Notes under the pieces: model-generated | Databases searched by the model: none | Seen by the model: only the letters and a program-made list of their open reading frames with translations | What the model was told of the DNA's origin: nothing | Assembly: GCA_046293555.1 (NCBI GenBank) | Contig: JBKBOT010000010.1 | Coordinates: 1 to 33,279 of the forward strand | DNA: 33,279 bases | From: Pyrobaculum sp. | GTDB lineage: Archaea > Thermoproteota > Thermoprotei > Thermoproteales > Thermoproteaceae | Direction of reading: 5' to 3' | Position numbers and translations under genes: made by a program | Shown: in pieces, positions 24,429-33,279 of the stretch | How the letters are laid out: every line of letters starts with the position of its first letter | How positions within the stretch are numbered: position 1 is the first letter of the stretch

Positions 24429-26643
24429 GGCGCTGTTAGAAGACCCGGGGCGGGAGGTGATATACATAAAGACAGATGAGGCAGAGACTCCAGAGGGGTG
24501 TTGCGACGTGGGCGAGGTGTTACGTCGGGAGGTAGCTGAGGCGTTTAGATCTCTGGGTATATACAGGCTTTTCCGCCACCAACATGACGCAATATTAAGC
24601 ATAAGGGCGGGAAAAGACACGGTAATAGTGGCAGGGACGGGGATGGGGAAGACAGAGGCATTTCTAGCGCCGGTGCTAGAGACCTCTCTCGACTTGTCTA
24701 AAGGCCCCGTGGCGTTAGTTCTCTACCCCACGAAAGCTCTGGCTAGAGACCAGCTGTCTAGACTTAGGCGGCTTGCAGACAGGCTGGGGGTAAGGACTAT
24801 GGTCTATGACGGCGATACGCCGCAGAGAGAGAGACGGCTGATGTACGAAATGCCGCCACATATAGTGATAAGCAACCCAGATATGGTAAGCCAAGCCCTC
24901 ATGCACGTGGCAAAATTCAGAGAGTTGTTAAAAAGAGTTAGGTACCTAATCCTCGACGACTTCCATGTATACAGCGGGGTGTTTGGCTCACATATGTACT
25001 ACCTCCTACGGCGTGTGAAGAGGTTTGTGAGACCTGTTTTTATAGCCACAAGCGCCACGGTGGGAAACCCGGCCGAGTTCTCACAAGCCCTTTTCGAAAG
25101 CCGTGAGGTAAATGTGGTCTGGGGGCCTCTGGGCAGGCGGGGAAAGCTTGTACAAATATTGTCGCGGCCTAAGTTTAGGTCTAAGTGGGCTGAGGCCACA
25201 AAACTCTCTGAGTTATGTATCGAGCTAGGCCTCAAGTGTCTAGTCTTTACAGACAGCCATAAATACGGCGAGGTGATCTACCGCGCCTTAAAGATGGCTG
25301 GACGCAACAGGATGGCTATACATAGGGCTGGGCTGACTCCAGAGGAGAGGCGGGCTGTGGAAGATGCCTTCAAGAGGGGGGAGATCAACGTGGCGATCTC
25401 CACGCCCACCCTAGAGCTGGGCATAGATATAGGCGATGTCGACGGGGCGATCTTGGCGTCTATACCCCCCTCCTTTAATAGATATCTACAACGCGTCGGG
25501 AGGGTGGGGAGACGGGGCCAGACGGGATATGTTGTACAGATACTGGGAAACGACCCAATTTCACAATACTACAGGAATTACCCCCACGAGTTTTTCACAA
25601 GGACGCCAGAGCCCCTGGGCTTTGAGAAAGAAAACGAAGACGTGGCCTCACTCCACGTGTTGGCCAAATCGCTTGACGCGCCGCCAAGAGTTGACGAGCT
25701 AGACGCCTTTGAGAGATCTATCGCCTCCATCTTGCTTCAAAAAGGCTATCTCAAAAAGGTGGGTAGCTTCCTCAGGCTTACACCTCCGGGCAGAGAGCAA
25801 CTCGCTGCGTTGAGCCTCAGGGGGTCTCCACATGTGGTAAAAATAAAAACCGCAGATGGCGAAGTAATTGGCGAGAGGGAATTACCTCTGGCGTTATATG
25901 AATTACATCCAGAGGCCATATATATGCACGGCGGGAGGACCTATCTCTCCAAGTCGCTAGATATGGGGAAAAAAGTTGCCATAGTGGAGCCGGTCGACGC
26001 TGAGGATTTAGTCACAAGCGCTCTAGAAGACATGAAGCCCGAGCTGGTAGAGCTATACGATGAAGGCGACGTGGAGGGAGTGAGTTATCAATACGGCAGA
26101 TTGAAGATAAGGATTACGGTATATGGCTACGCCCTGAAGCGTTTTACCACGGAGGAAACCCTGGGGGAGTACTCCATCGACCCATTGTCATACACCTTAG
26201 TGACAAAAGGAGTTGTGTTATACATGCCGCCTCTCCGCTTTAGCCCAGACGACAGCTTGGATTGGGAAGCCAAGGCGAGGGGGTATCACGCAACAGAACA
26301 CGTCTTAATATCTGCAGCAGAGATAGCCATAGGCGCCTCGAAGACCGATCTCGGCGGCATCAGCTATCCAGACGGCGTAATTGTGATATATGACTCACAT
26401 GTAGGTGGAAACGGCACCTCTAGGCTTTTATTAAAATATTTTAAAAAAGTATCTGAAGTCGCATTAAAGATAGTAAAGAGTTGTGATTGTGTAGACGGCT
26501 GCCCCAAATGTGTCTACTCGCCATATTGCGGCAATAACAACAAGATGCTGTCCCGACGGAATGCCATTAGGATACTAGAATCACTAAAATGGGGGGGCCA
26601 GCAAGCCGTTAGAGAGATACCAAAACGGGGAGGGATTGCCTAA
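24415..26643 (+). CDS. SF2 helicase with DUF1998 zinc domain (Hrq1/SftH/MrfA-like)
   Basis: GTGMGKT, YPTKALARDQ, DDFH, SAT, TLELGIDIG, QRVGRVGR, CDCVDGCPKC. Confidence 0.92.
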   Translation: MEFLKALLEDPGREVIYIKTDEAETPEGCCDVGEVLRREVAEAFRSLGIYRLFRHQHDAILSIRAGKDTVIVAGTGMGKTEAFLAPVLETSLDLSKGPVALVLYPTKALARDQLSRLRRLADRLGVRTMVYDGDTPQRERRLMYEMPPHIVISNPDMVSQALMHVAKFRELLKRVRYLILDDFHVYSGVFGSHMYYLLRRVKRFVRPVFIATSATVGNPAEFSQALFESREVNVVWGPLGRRGKLVQILSRPKFRSKWAEATKLSELCIELGLKCLVFTDSHKYGEVIYRALKMAGRNRMAIHRAGLTPEERRAVEDAFKRGEINVAISTPTLELGIDIGDVDGAILASIPPSFNRYLQRVGRVGRRGQTGYVVQILGNDPISQYYRNYPHEFFTRTPEPLGFEKENEDVASLHVLAKSLDAPPRVDELDAFERSIASILLQKGYLKKVGSFLRLTPPGREQLAALSLRGSPHVVKIKTADGEVIGERELPLALYELHPEAIYMHGGRTYLSKSLDMGKKVAIVEPVDAEDLVTSALEDMKPELVELYDEGDVEGVSYQYGRLKIRITVYGYALKRFTTEETLGEYSIDPLSYTLVTKGVVLYMPPLRFSPDDSLDWEAKARGYHATEHVLISAAEIAIGASKTDLGGISYPDGVIVIYDSHVGGNGTSRLLLKYFKKVSEVALKIVKSCDCVDGCPKCVYSPYCGNNNKMLSRRNAIRILESLKWGGQQAVREIPKRGGIA

Positions 26644-29015
26644 ATCCAGACAAGACCCTCGTCGTCAAGCTGTTCCTCCCCCCTGCCGGCCCTCACGTCT
26701 CTTACCTTGTGTGTATACCTGAGGTCTGCCGCGACCGCCATGGCCTCTTCTGGGACGTAGAGAATTACGTCAAGCGGACTGGCGAGACTTAGCCCTATCT
26801 TGTTCTTATGTCGCCACACGGCGCTGTTGATCTTCTTCACTAGGTTAAACAAGCCGAAGTCGCCACGCCACTCTTCTGGCGGGTCTTCTAGAGCCTCTGT
26901 GTGTATAGACTTCCCGTAGGCCTCGCGCCATATCTTGTCTGTAACAAAAGGCATTACGGGCGCCACCAGCTTTAGGCTATATTTAACCACGGCGTGTAAC
27001 GTCCAGATGGCTGCCTCCTGTTCCTCTTTCGTAAAGGCCCCCTCCCTGTTGTAGGCCCTGGATTTGACGAGCTCTATGTAGTGGTCAGCAAAGTCGTGCC
27101 AAATGAAGTTGTATAACAGGTGGGCTGGCTCATAGGCGTCAAACTCGCCATAGGCCGCGATGACCTTTTTTGCGACGTCGTAGAGCTTCGCCAAAACCGC
27201 CTTGTCTATAGGCGTTAGCCTAGGCGCAATCTGGGGCTCTGGAAACGTTAGAACAAACCTGGAGATATTCCATATCTTAGTCACAAATTCCTTCCCCTCC
27301 TTAATTATGTTTTCGTTATAGCGATAGTCGGTACCCAGTCTGCCCGCCACGGCGGCCCAGAAACGTACGGCGTCTGCGCCATATTTCTCTACAGGCTGTA
27401 AGAGATCTACCACATTGCCCTTAGATTTATGCATGGCTTCTCCCTTCTCGTCTAGACCCATGCCGTTTATCCTCACGTATCTAAACGGCACGTCGCCAAA
27501 CATGAGATACGCCCTAAGGAGGGAGTAATAAAGCCAAGTCCTAATGATGTCATAACCCTGAGGCCTCATTATGGAATGGGGATACACCCTGGGGAACACC
27601 TCCCTAGAGGCATACAGCCAGGAGATTGAGGAGTCAAACCATGTGTCAAACACACGCCTGTCGCCTTCCAGCCTCCCGTCTTTACAAGCCTCTTTAACCT
27701 CCGGCGGGGGCTCATCTCTCCAGGGGACGTAATACCCGCCGCCTTTGGGCAAGACGGCGACGCGGGTACCGTCGGCTTTTATACACCACCATATGGGGAT
27801 CTCCGTGGCGTAATAACGGCGGCGGGAGAGAGGCCAGTCTAACTCCAGCGACTTTATCCAGTCTACGAGCACCTGACGGTACTCCGGAGGTTTAAACTCC
27901 ATTTTTTCAGCTAGCTTAGTTAACACCTCTCTAAACTCCACCTGTTTGACAAACAGCTCTCTGGTTACAATAATCTCCAGTGGAGTTTTACAACGCCAAC
28001 ATACCGGCACGTTGTGTGACAAACTCTCTTGTCTTACCAACAACCCACCTGACTTTAGGTCCCCGACAATTTTAAGACGGGCCTCTCTTACCGTAAGCCC
28101 CTTGTAAGTACCTGAACTTATTTTGCCCATCTCGTCAAGAATAATCCGTGTGGGGAGTTTAAGCTCGTTGACAATCATGAGGTCTCTCGTGTCGCCAAAT
28201 GTGGAGATCATGACTAGGCCGGTGCCGTATTTGGGATTGGCGGCTTTGTGTGGTAAGATAGGCACCTCCTGCCCCTCTGGGGGCACTATTGCGTGGAGGC
28301 CTTCTAGCCTTTTATACCTCTCGTCTTCTGGGTGGAAGATCACAGCCACTGTGGCTGGGAGGAGCTCGGGCCTAGTGGTGGCTATGACGATATCCTCTCC
28401 AGTCTCCCTTACTTTAAACTTTATGTAGTTTAGGTAGGCCTCCTCTTCTCTATACTCGATCTCTGGCTCCGCCAGCGCCGTGCGACAACGGGGACACCAG
28501 GGGGTTGGCCTCTCGGCCTCATATACCAGCCCTCTTTTCCACAGCTCTATAAAAGTCTGTTGTGTCATCTTTCTATACTCGGGGCTGTCGGTACCTTGAG
28601 GCCAGTAGTCAAAAGAGAGTCCCCAACGCCTTAGCGAAGAGACGAACTCCACCTCATATCTATCAAGCTCGTCTTTACAAAGTTTTATGAACTGTTCGCG
28701 AGGTATCTCGTGGGCTGTTATGTTGTATTTCTTCTCTACCTGAACCTCAATGGGGAGGCCGTTTCTATCTAGATAAAATGGAAAGATCACATCGATACCC
28801 CTCATTCTCAGAAACCTGGCGATTATGTCAAAATGTGCGTAAGACGCGGTTTGGGCCACGTGAGGCCTATTGCTAGACAGATATGGCGGGGGCGTGTCTA
28901 TAACGAAGACTGGGCGGTCGCCAATCTTGGCCCTGAAGTGGCCTTCCTCCTCCCAGAGTTTTAACAGCTCTTCTTCCCACCTTATGTCCCACCTAGTGGG
29001 CAGCCGATGGGCCAC
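26640..29015 (-). CDS. valS: Valine--tRNA ligase
   Basis: IDTPPPY, ATTRPELL, VFDTWFDSS, RPQGYDIIRTW, MHKSKGN, YIELVKSR. Confidence 0.95.
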   Translation of the reverse strand: MAHRLPTRWDIRWEEELLKLWEEEGHFRAKIGDRPVFVIDTPPPYLSSNRPHVAQTASYAHFDIIARFLRMRGIDVIFPFYLDRNGLPIEVQVEKKYNITAHEIPREQFIKLCKDELDRYEVEFVSSLRRWGLSFDYWPQGTDSPEYRKMTQQTFIELWKRGLVYEAERPTPWCPRCRTALAEPEIEYREEEAYLNYIKFKVRETGEDIVIATTRPELLPATVAVIFHPEDERYKRLEGLHAIVPPEGQEVPILPHKAANPKYGTGLVMISTFGDTRDLMIVNELKLPTRIILDEMGKISSGTYKGLTVREARLKIVGDLKSGGLLVRQESLSHNVPVCWRCKTPLEIIVTRELFVKQVEFREVLTKLAEKMEFKPPEYRQVLVDWIKSLELDWPLSRRRYYATEIPIWWCIKADGTRVAVLPKGGGYYVPWRDEPPPEVKEACKDGRLEGDRRVFDTWFDSSISWLYASREVFPRVYPHSIMRPQGYDIIRTWLYYSLLRAYLMFGDVPFRYVRINGMGLDEKGEAMHKSKGNVVDLLQPVEKYGADAVRFWAAVAGRLGTDYRYNENIIKEGKEFVTKIWNISRFVLTFPEPQIAPRLTPIDKAVLAKLYDVAKKVIAAYGEFDAYEPAHLLYNFIWHDFADHYIELVKSRAYNREGAFTKEEQEAAIWTLHAVVKYSLKLVAPVMPFVTDKIWREAYGKSIHTEALEDPPEEWRGDFGLFNLVKKINSAVWRHKNKIGLSLASPLDVILYVPEEAMAVAADLRYTHKVRDVRAGRGEEQLDDEGLVWI

Positions 29016-29073
29016 AGTGCCTTAGAGTAGAGAATTTTTAAGTTTCTTTATGATAAAAATTTAAATATTGTAT

Positions 29074-29742
29074 ATGCTCCCCCTTATGCTTAGTCGTGAG
29101 ATTTACCTCATAGTTAATGGCAGTGGCTCTAGACTGGGGGAATTCCTTGTGGAGCTTCATTTTGACCAACCAGGCATTTTAGCCACATTGTCTAACATAT
29201 TTGCTGAACATGACGTCAATATAATAAACATAGCTATAGACAGCCAACGTAGACATCTACACTTTGTAGTTGATCTTACTACAGTTGTGGAGGACGACAT
29301 CAGAGAGATCGCAAAACGGTTGGGCATGTTTGCCTTTGTCAAAAAGGTGAGATACAGAGTTTCTAACGTCTCTGTCTTTGTCCCCCGGTGGATAGTACAC
29401 GTGATAAACGGCATGCCGAGTATCTCACTTGAGAGGGAACTGGTGGCATATCTACAGGAGCCCTCTAGGCTGGCTGAAGAGCTGGCGAAAAAAGACGCCA
29501 AGACTATAAAGGAATTAGTCACCCCCATTGACATAGCCACCCTAGAGGAGATACTATATCTCTCCCAGCTACGAGGTCTGGCGATAGTGGAAAACACGAT
29601 GTTAAAAGAGGGTAGACTAGTGGCAAGACTGTGTAAGCTGGCCTACCCCATGGCTAAGAGATATCTTGAATATTACCTAAGGGAGTTGGGATTTCAGCCT
29701 AAGACAGTAGAAGAGGGGGGCTGCATCAGGGCTGAAGTCTAG
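29074..29742 (+). CDS. ACT domain-containing protein
   Basis: DQPGILATLSNIFAEHDVNI ACT signature. Start ATG 29074 or 29086 (the track uses TTG 29068). Confidence 0.8.
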   Translation: MLPLMLSREIYLIVNGSGSRLGEFLVELHFDQPGILATLSNIFAEHDVNIINIAIDSQRRHLHFVVDLTTVVEDDIREIAKRLGMFAFVKKVRYRVSNVSVFVPRWIVHVINGMPSISLERELVAYLQEPSRLAEELAKKDAKTIKELVTPIDIATLEEILYLSQLRGLAIVENTMLKEGRLVARLCKLAYPMAKRYLEYYLRELGFQPKTVEEGGCIRAEV

Positions 29743-30692
29743 CTTTTTAAAAGCCCGGCCTTTTGTAATAAGTCACATACCCTACAGACCTCTCTAGAGG
29801 ATATATTTCCACAATATCTACAATGTCTCATCTCCACATGGCTGGCATGTCTTCTTAGATATCCGCCAAGCCTCTTGCCAAAAGACTCAAGGCTGTATTT
29901 CACCGACGGCATCTCTCTCTCGAGTTCTGCAAGGATAAACTTGAGGTTATACCGCGGGTTTGTGGTCACGTAGGGACACTCTAGCTCCATCAGCGGTATG
30001 TTGTGGTAATAGGCATATAACGCAATCTCCTCCTCTCTGATGTATCTAAGCGGCTTTATGCGTGGGATCATGTCCTTCTCTTCCGCGTCTTCATACACGC
30101 CGTACCACTGAAATCTGTCTAGATTTCCCATCAACACGTTTAACATCACGGTCTGGGCCTCGTCGTCTAGGTTATGCGCCGTGGCTACTTTAGTCCAGCC
30201 TCTCGCCTTCCCGACTATGTTCATCGCCCTTCGTCTCAAAACGCCGTCTATTGTACACATATGTACCTCATGTCCCCCCCTAGAGAGCCTCTCTGAGATC
30301 TCCATGGCGGTGACGCCAAAGATGTCCTTAAAGTGGTAGACGTTGTACTCAACGCCGAACTTCCCAGCTAGCTCTTTTACGTAGTCACGTCTAGACATCC
30401 TATAGAAACAACTATAGGGATGCCCCTCGTTTATTGTAAAGGCCTCTAGCCTCACGTCTCTAAGGAGCTTTCTTTCTTTCAACACGCCCAGTATGTATAG
30501 AAGTACCAAACTGTCCTTACCCCCAGAAACCGCCACGGCCACAAAATCGCCTGGAGTTATGAGGCGCTCTTTCCTAATGGTGTCTAATGTTTTCTGCTCG
30601 ATTGAGTTAAACAGACAGCGTAGACATAGCTTCTCTCCACTAACCTGGCGGTAGTACTGGGCAGGCCTTTTTCCACATTTACTACAATACAC
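29739..30692 (-). CDS. TtuA/Ncs6-family tRNA thiolation protein (PP-loop)
   Basis: N- and C-terminal CxxC zinc fingers, SGGKDS, TAHNLDD, ECPY. Confidence 0.9.
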   Translation of the reverse strand: MYCSKCGKRPAQYYRQVSGEKLCLRCLFNSIEQKTLDTIRKERLITPGDFVAVAVSGGKDSLVLLYILGVLKERKLLRDVRLEAFTINEGHPYSCFYRMSRRDYVKELAGKFGVEYNVYHFKDIFGVTAMEISERLSRGGHEVHMCTIDGVLRRRAMNIVGKARGWTKVATAHNLDDEAQTVMLNVLMGNLDRFQWYGVYEDAEEKDMIPRIKPLRYIREEEIALYAYYHNIPLMELECPYVTTNPRYNLKFILAELEREMPSVKYSLESFGKRLGGYLRRHASHVEMRHCRYCGNISSREVCRVCDLLQKAGLLKS

Positions 30693-30916
30693 TACCTCTC
30701 TCCGGGGTCTATATGTGGAATCTCGCCGTGTTTTCTCTCTGCCTTTTCTATCTCTAGGGTAAAGGTCTCTAGCGATGTGCGAAAAATGTAAAACACGATA
30801 TTACAATTTCTACACCGAGCTATCATCACAGTGTTTTCTGGGCCTCTGTAGCGGTAAGTATGAGGCACAGGCATGGGGTCCCACTCCGGAAGTCCACACT
30901 TGGGGCAAACTATCAC
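30692..30916 (-). CDS. Small zinc-ribbon protein
   Basis: CPKCG...CRNC, 74 aa, stop overlaps the next start. Confidence 0.75.
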   Translation of the reverse strand: MIVCPKCGLPEWDPMPVPHTYRYRGPENTVMIARCRNCNIVFYIFRTSLETFTLEIEKAERKHGEIPHIDPGER

Positions 30917-30938
30917 AGCCCAACTGCCTTATGTATAT

Positions 30939-31565
30939 TTAACTTTCTATATTTTCTTCTAGCCACCTCCTTACTTCACACAAGTCTGGGAGAGACAGGT
31001 GGCCCATGTCCCCCCTCCCCACGATGATGGTAAAAAGCCCCACAGCCATGGCGCCTAGGTCGTCCTCACTATCGCCTATATATATGGCGTCGCTGGGCCT
31101 TATGTTGAGCTTACGTAATACATATCTAAACACACGTCGCAACGGCTTTCTTCTAAGTAATAAATCTGATGTATATATGTTATTTATTTCAACTCCATGG
31201 CCACTTAGAAAGTTTTTAATAAAACATACACATGGACTATTTGAAACAATAGCCACGACCCCCCTGGCTTTGACCCACCGCAAGAACTCAAGTGAACATG
31301 GGGCAGGTTTGACCTTCTGCGAGATGTATCTAACGTAATCCCCCTCAAGCTCTAGGGGATCCACGCCGCTTCTCTGCGCCACAATTCTTACCACTGCCCG
31401 CAGTGGTACCTCATATCCAGTAGACCTAATGCCCTCCACCACCCACGCCACCTGTGTTATAACCTCCCACGGGTTAGATATGTGCCCCCTCAAAACCTGG
31501 CTGAGCTCACTCCAGAAGTCTACAGGAGGGGCCAAAAGCCCCCAGAAGCTCAAGAGGTAGTTCAT
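30939..31565 (-). CDS. HAD-superfamily hydrolase-like protein with degenerate motif I
   Basis: IVSN (motif II), RKP (III) and YIGDSEDD (IV) are present, but motif I reads LLSFWGLL. GAGGTGA Shine-Dalgarno-like sequence just upstream. Confidence 0.8.
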   Translation of the reverse strand: MNYLLSFWGLLAPPVDFWSELSQVLRGHISNPWEVITQVAWVVEGIRSTGYEVPLRAVVRIVAQRSGVDPLELEGDYVRYISQKVKPAPCSLEFLRWVKARGVVAIVSNSPCVCFIKNFLSGHGVEINNIYTSDLLLRRKPLRRVFRYVLRKLNIRPSDAIYIGDSEDDLGAMAVGLFTIIVGRGDMGHLSLPDLCEVRRWLEENIES

Positions 31566-31594
31566 CTCACCTCAGGTAGGACGCCTTTAGAGCT

Positions 31595-33279
31595 TCATGC
31601 AGATTGCTTAATGCTATAGCCGGCAATCCAGAGCCAGTTGTATCTACCCGCCAGCACCATTATTGCCGGGACGACAAAAGGCCTTATGACAAAGGCGTCT
31701 ACCAACGCCGCGAGGGCTATGGTGAACCCCACCTGTCTTAGAAGTAATGTCTGAGATAGTAACAACGTGGAGAAGGCCGCCGCTAGGATTACGGCGGCGC
31801 CGGTGATCACAGGCCCGGTGGCAACAATAGCCCTCTTTATAGCCTCTCTTTCTGTGGCCCCTCCTTCTAGCTCCTCTCTAATTCTCGTAACTATAAAGAT
31901 GTCGTAATCTGTCCCCACAGCCATTAGGAAGGCAAAAAGAACTATGGGCACAAGCCAGTATGTAGGCTGGCCCAACGCCTCTTGAAATATTAAGACCTCT
32001 ACTGCAAGACTCCATACAGTGGACATAAGGATTGTGGCAATTAGCCTAAGCGGTATTAAAAAACTTTTGAGCAGAAGTGAGAGTATTATAAAAATCGCCA
32101 AAATAATAATATATATCTGGACATTCCAAAATTTTACATATATTTCATTAAATATCACGTCTTTCCACGATGCGGCTCCCCCGATGAGAAAAGGGCCATA
32201 TGTAGACCTAAGGGCGTCTAGCTCCCTATATACCTCTAACAGCTCGTCGGAAGTGTCCTCTACTGAGAGCCTTATGGACACTACGTGCCACTCCCCCACG
32301 CTCTCTACTGTGTGGTTTACATAATGTGGGAGACTCTTTATTGCCTCTAACAAGCCCGGAGCGGGCTCGTCTCTAGACACGACGTATGTAGTGGAGAGAG
32401 CTGTGACGTTGGGGAAATACGTGGTGGCCACCTCCAGCGCCTTTTTATGCTCTGTCTCCGGCATTGCCACCACGGGGTTTGCCGTCACGTTAAGCGTCGT
32501 CACGAGAAATATGAAGGCAATTATTGTGACTGCCGCCGACGTGATGACTACGGCTAGAGGTCTCCCCAAGGCGGTAGACACAGCTGTCTCTAACAGCCTC
32601 GAGCGGGCAGAGTGAAGAGAGACAGTCTTCTTGGGCCAAAACAGCCTGTCGCCCAATATGTACAACAATGAGGGAAATACTACAAAGACTGTGGCCACTA
32701 TGAACGCCGTCGTTATGAGGTAGCCCACGCCTATAGTCTGCATAAATGGGAGTGTGGAGATGACAAATGAACCCAGGGATGCGGCCACAGCGGCGGCGCT
32801 GGCGGATATTGCCCTCCTGGCGTATTTTAACACAGACGCCACAGCCTCCAGCTTTCCCCTCCCTGCACCCCGTTCTTCTGCGTAGCGGCTGGCCATAAGC
32901 AACATGTAGTCTACCCCTATGGCAAACACCACAGGCGCCGCCATGTAGATAGTGAGGTAGTAAATCTTCTGCACTTCGCTAATTTGATACAAGAAGCCCA
33001 ATAGAGAGAGATATGTCAAGCCGATAGTGGAGATTATGGCAACTGGGGCGGCTACCGTGCCCATTATGTATAGAAGCACCGCGAAGAGAGCCAACGCGGT
33101 GGCTTTATCTATCTTCGAGACGTCTTCTACAACCACCTGTGTAAAGCTCTGGAGGAGAAATGATGAAGATACAGGCACGCCGAGGTGTATAGAGGTGGAG
33201 TTTATGTGCCCTCTGACAAACGCCAAGGCGTATCTCTGCTGATAAACAAGGCTTGAGGCAACTGAAAACAGGTTGGGTA
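31595..33279 (-). CDS. MMPL/RND-family transporter, 5' part beyond the window
   Basis: AIGVDYMLL..RYAEE and AVGTDYDIF..RIREE repeats. The frame stays open to 33279. Confidence 0.9.
   Translation of the reverse strand, partial: PNLFSVASSLVYQQRYALAFVRGHINSTSIHLGVPVSSSFLLQSFTQVVVEDVSKIDKATALALFAVLLYIMGTVAAPVAIISTIGLTYLSLLGFLYQISEVQKIYYLTIYMAAPVVFAIGVDYMLLMASRYAEERGAGRGKLEAVASVLKYARRAISASAAAVAASLGSFVISTLPFMQTIGVGYLITTAFIVATVFVVFPSLLYILGDRLFWPKKTVSLHSARSRLLETAVSTALGRPLAVVITSAAVTIIAFIFLVTTLNVTANPVVAMPETEHKKALEVATTYFPNVTALSTTYVVSRDEPAPGLLEAIKSLPHYVNHTVESVGEWHVVSIRLSVEDTSDELLEVYRELDALRSTYGPFLIGGAASWKDVIFNEIYVKFWNVQIYIIILAIFIILSLLLKSFLIPLRLIATILMSTVWSLAVEVLIFQEALGQPTYWLVPIVLFAFLMAVGTDYDIFIVTRIREELEGGATEREAIKRAIVATGPVITGAAVILAAAFSTLLLSQTLLLRQVGFTIALAALVDAFVIRPFVVPAIMVLAGRYNWLWIAGYSIKQSA

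Noticed and set aside
31566-31600. C/D-like motifs (ATGAAG..CTGA) on the minus strand
   Set aside because: Box spacing is wrong; better explained by a stop codon plus a GAGGTGA ribosome-binding site.
7341-33242. Numerous 60-190 aa ORFs antisense to or nested in identified genes (e.g. 10428-11003, 12856-13437, 19420-19905, 21334-21768)
   Set aside because: Ser/Thr/Pro-rich shadow frames of well-supported genes, with no motifs.

Overview
A gene-dense archaeal chromosome segment, most like a hyperthermophilic Thermoproteaceae genome (Pyrobaculum-type). This assignment is an inference from recognisable orthologues, leaderless starts about 20 nt after TTTAAA/TTTATA boxes, overlapping genes and a C/D box sRNA. 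From about 5.5 kb to the end the content is mostly housekeeping: UbiE-like methyltransferase, SagB-type nitroreductase, M20 hydrolase, dtdA, MptE-like kinase, apgM, cutA, HD protein, CPA2 antiporter, AlaX-M, ilvA, aminotransferase, sucCD, dye-linked proline dehydrogenase, Fur, DUF355, MFS, DUF1998 helicase, valS, ACT protein, TtuA/Ncs6, a HAD-like protein and a partial MMPL transporter. The left 2 kb looks accessory and is the most interesting part. It holds three co-oriented minus-strand genes: a minimal HEXXH membrane metalloprotease, a 141-aa membrane precursor whose last 37 residues have defensin-like (CS-alpha-beta) cysteine spacing behind an internal signal-peptide-like segment, and a polytopic membrane protein running off the window. 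This is a candidate archaeal peptide toxin/signalling locus. Features absent from the ORF track include a C/D box guide sRNA (22338-22387), a 55-aa ORF (20893-21060), a heavily frameshifted methyltransferase pseudogene and a probable small-regulator remnant. I saw no rRNA, tRNA, CRISPR array or transposase. All calls come from reading motifs by eye; no searches were run.
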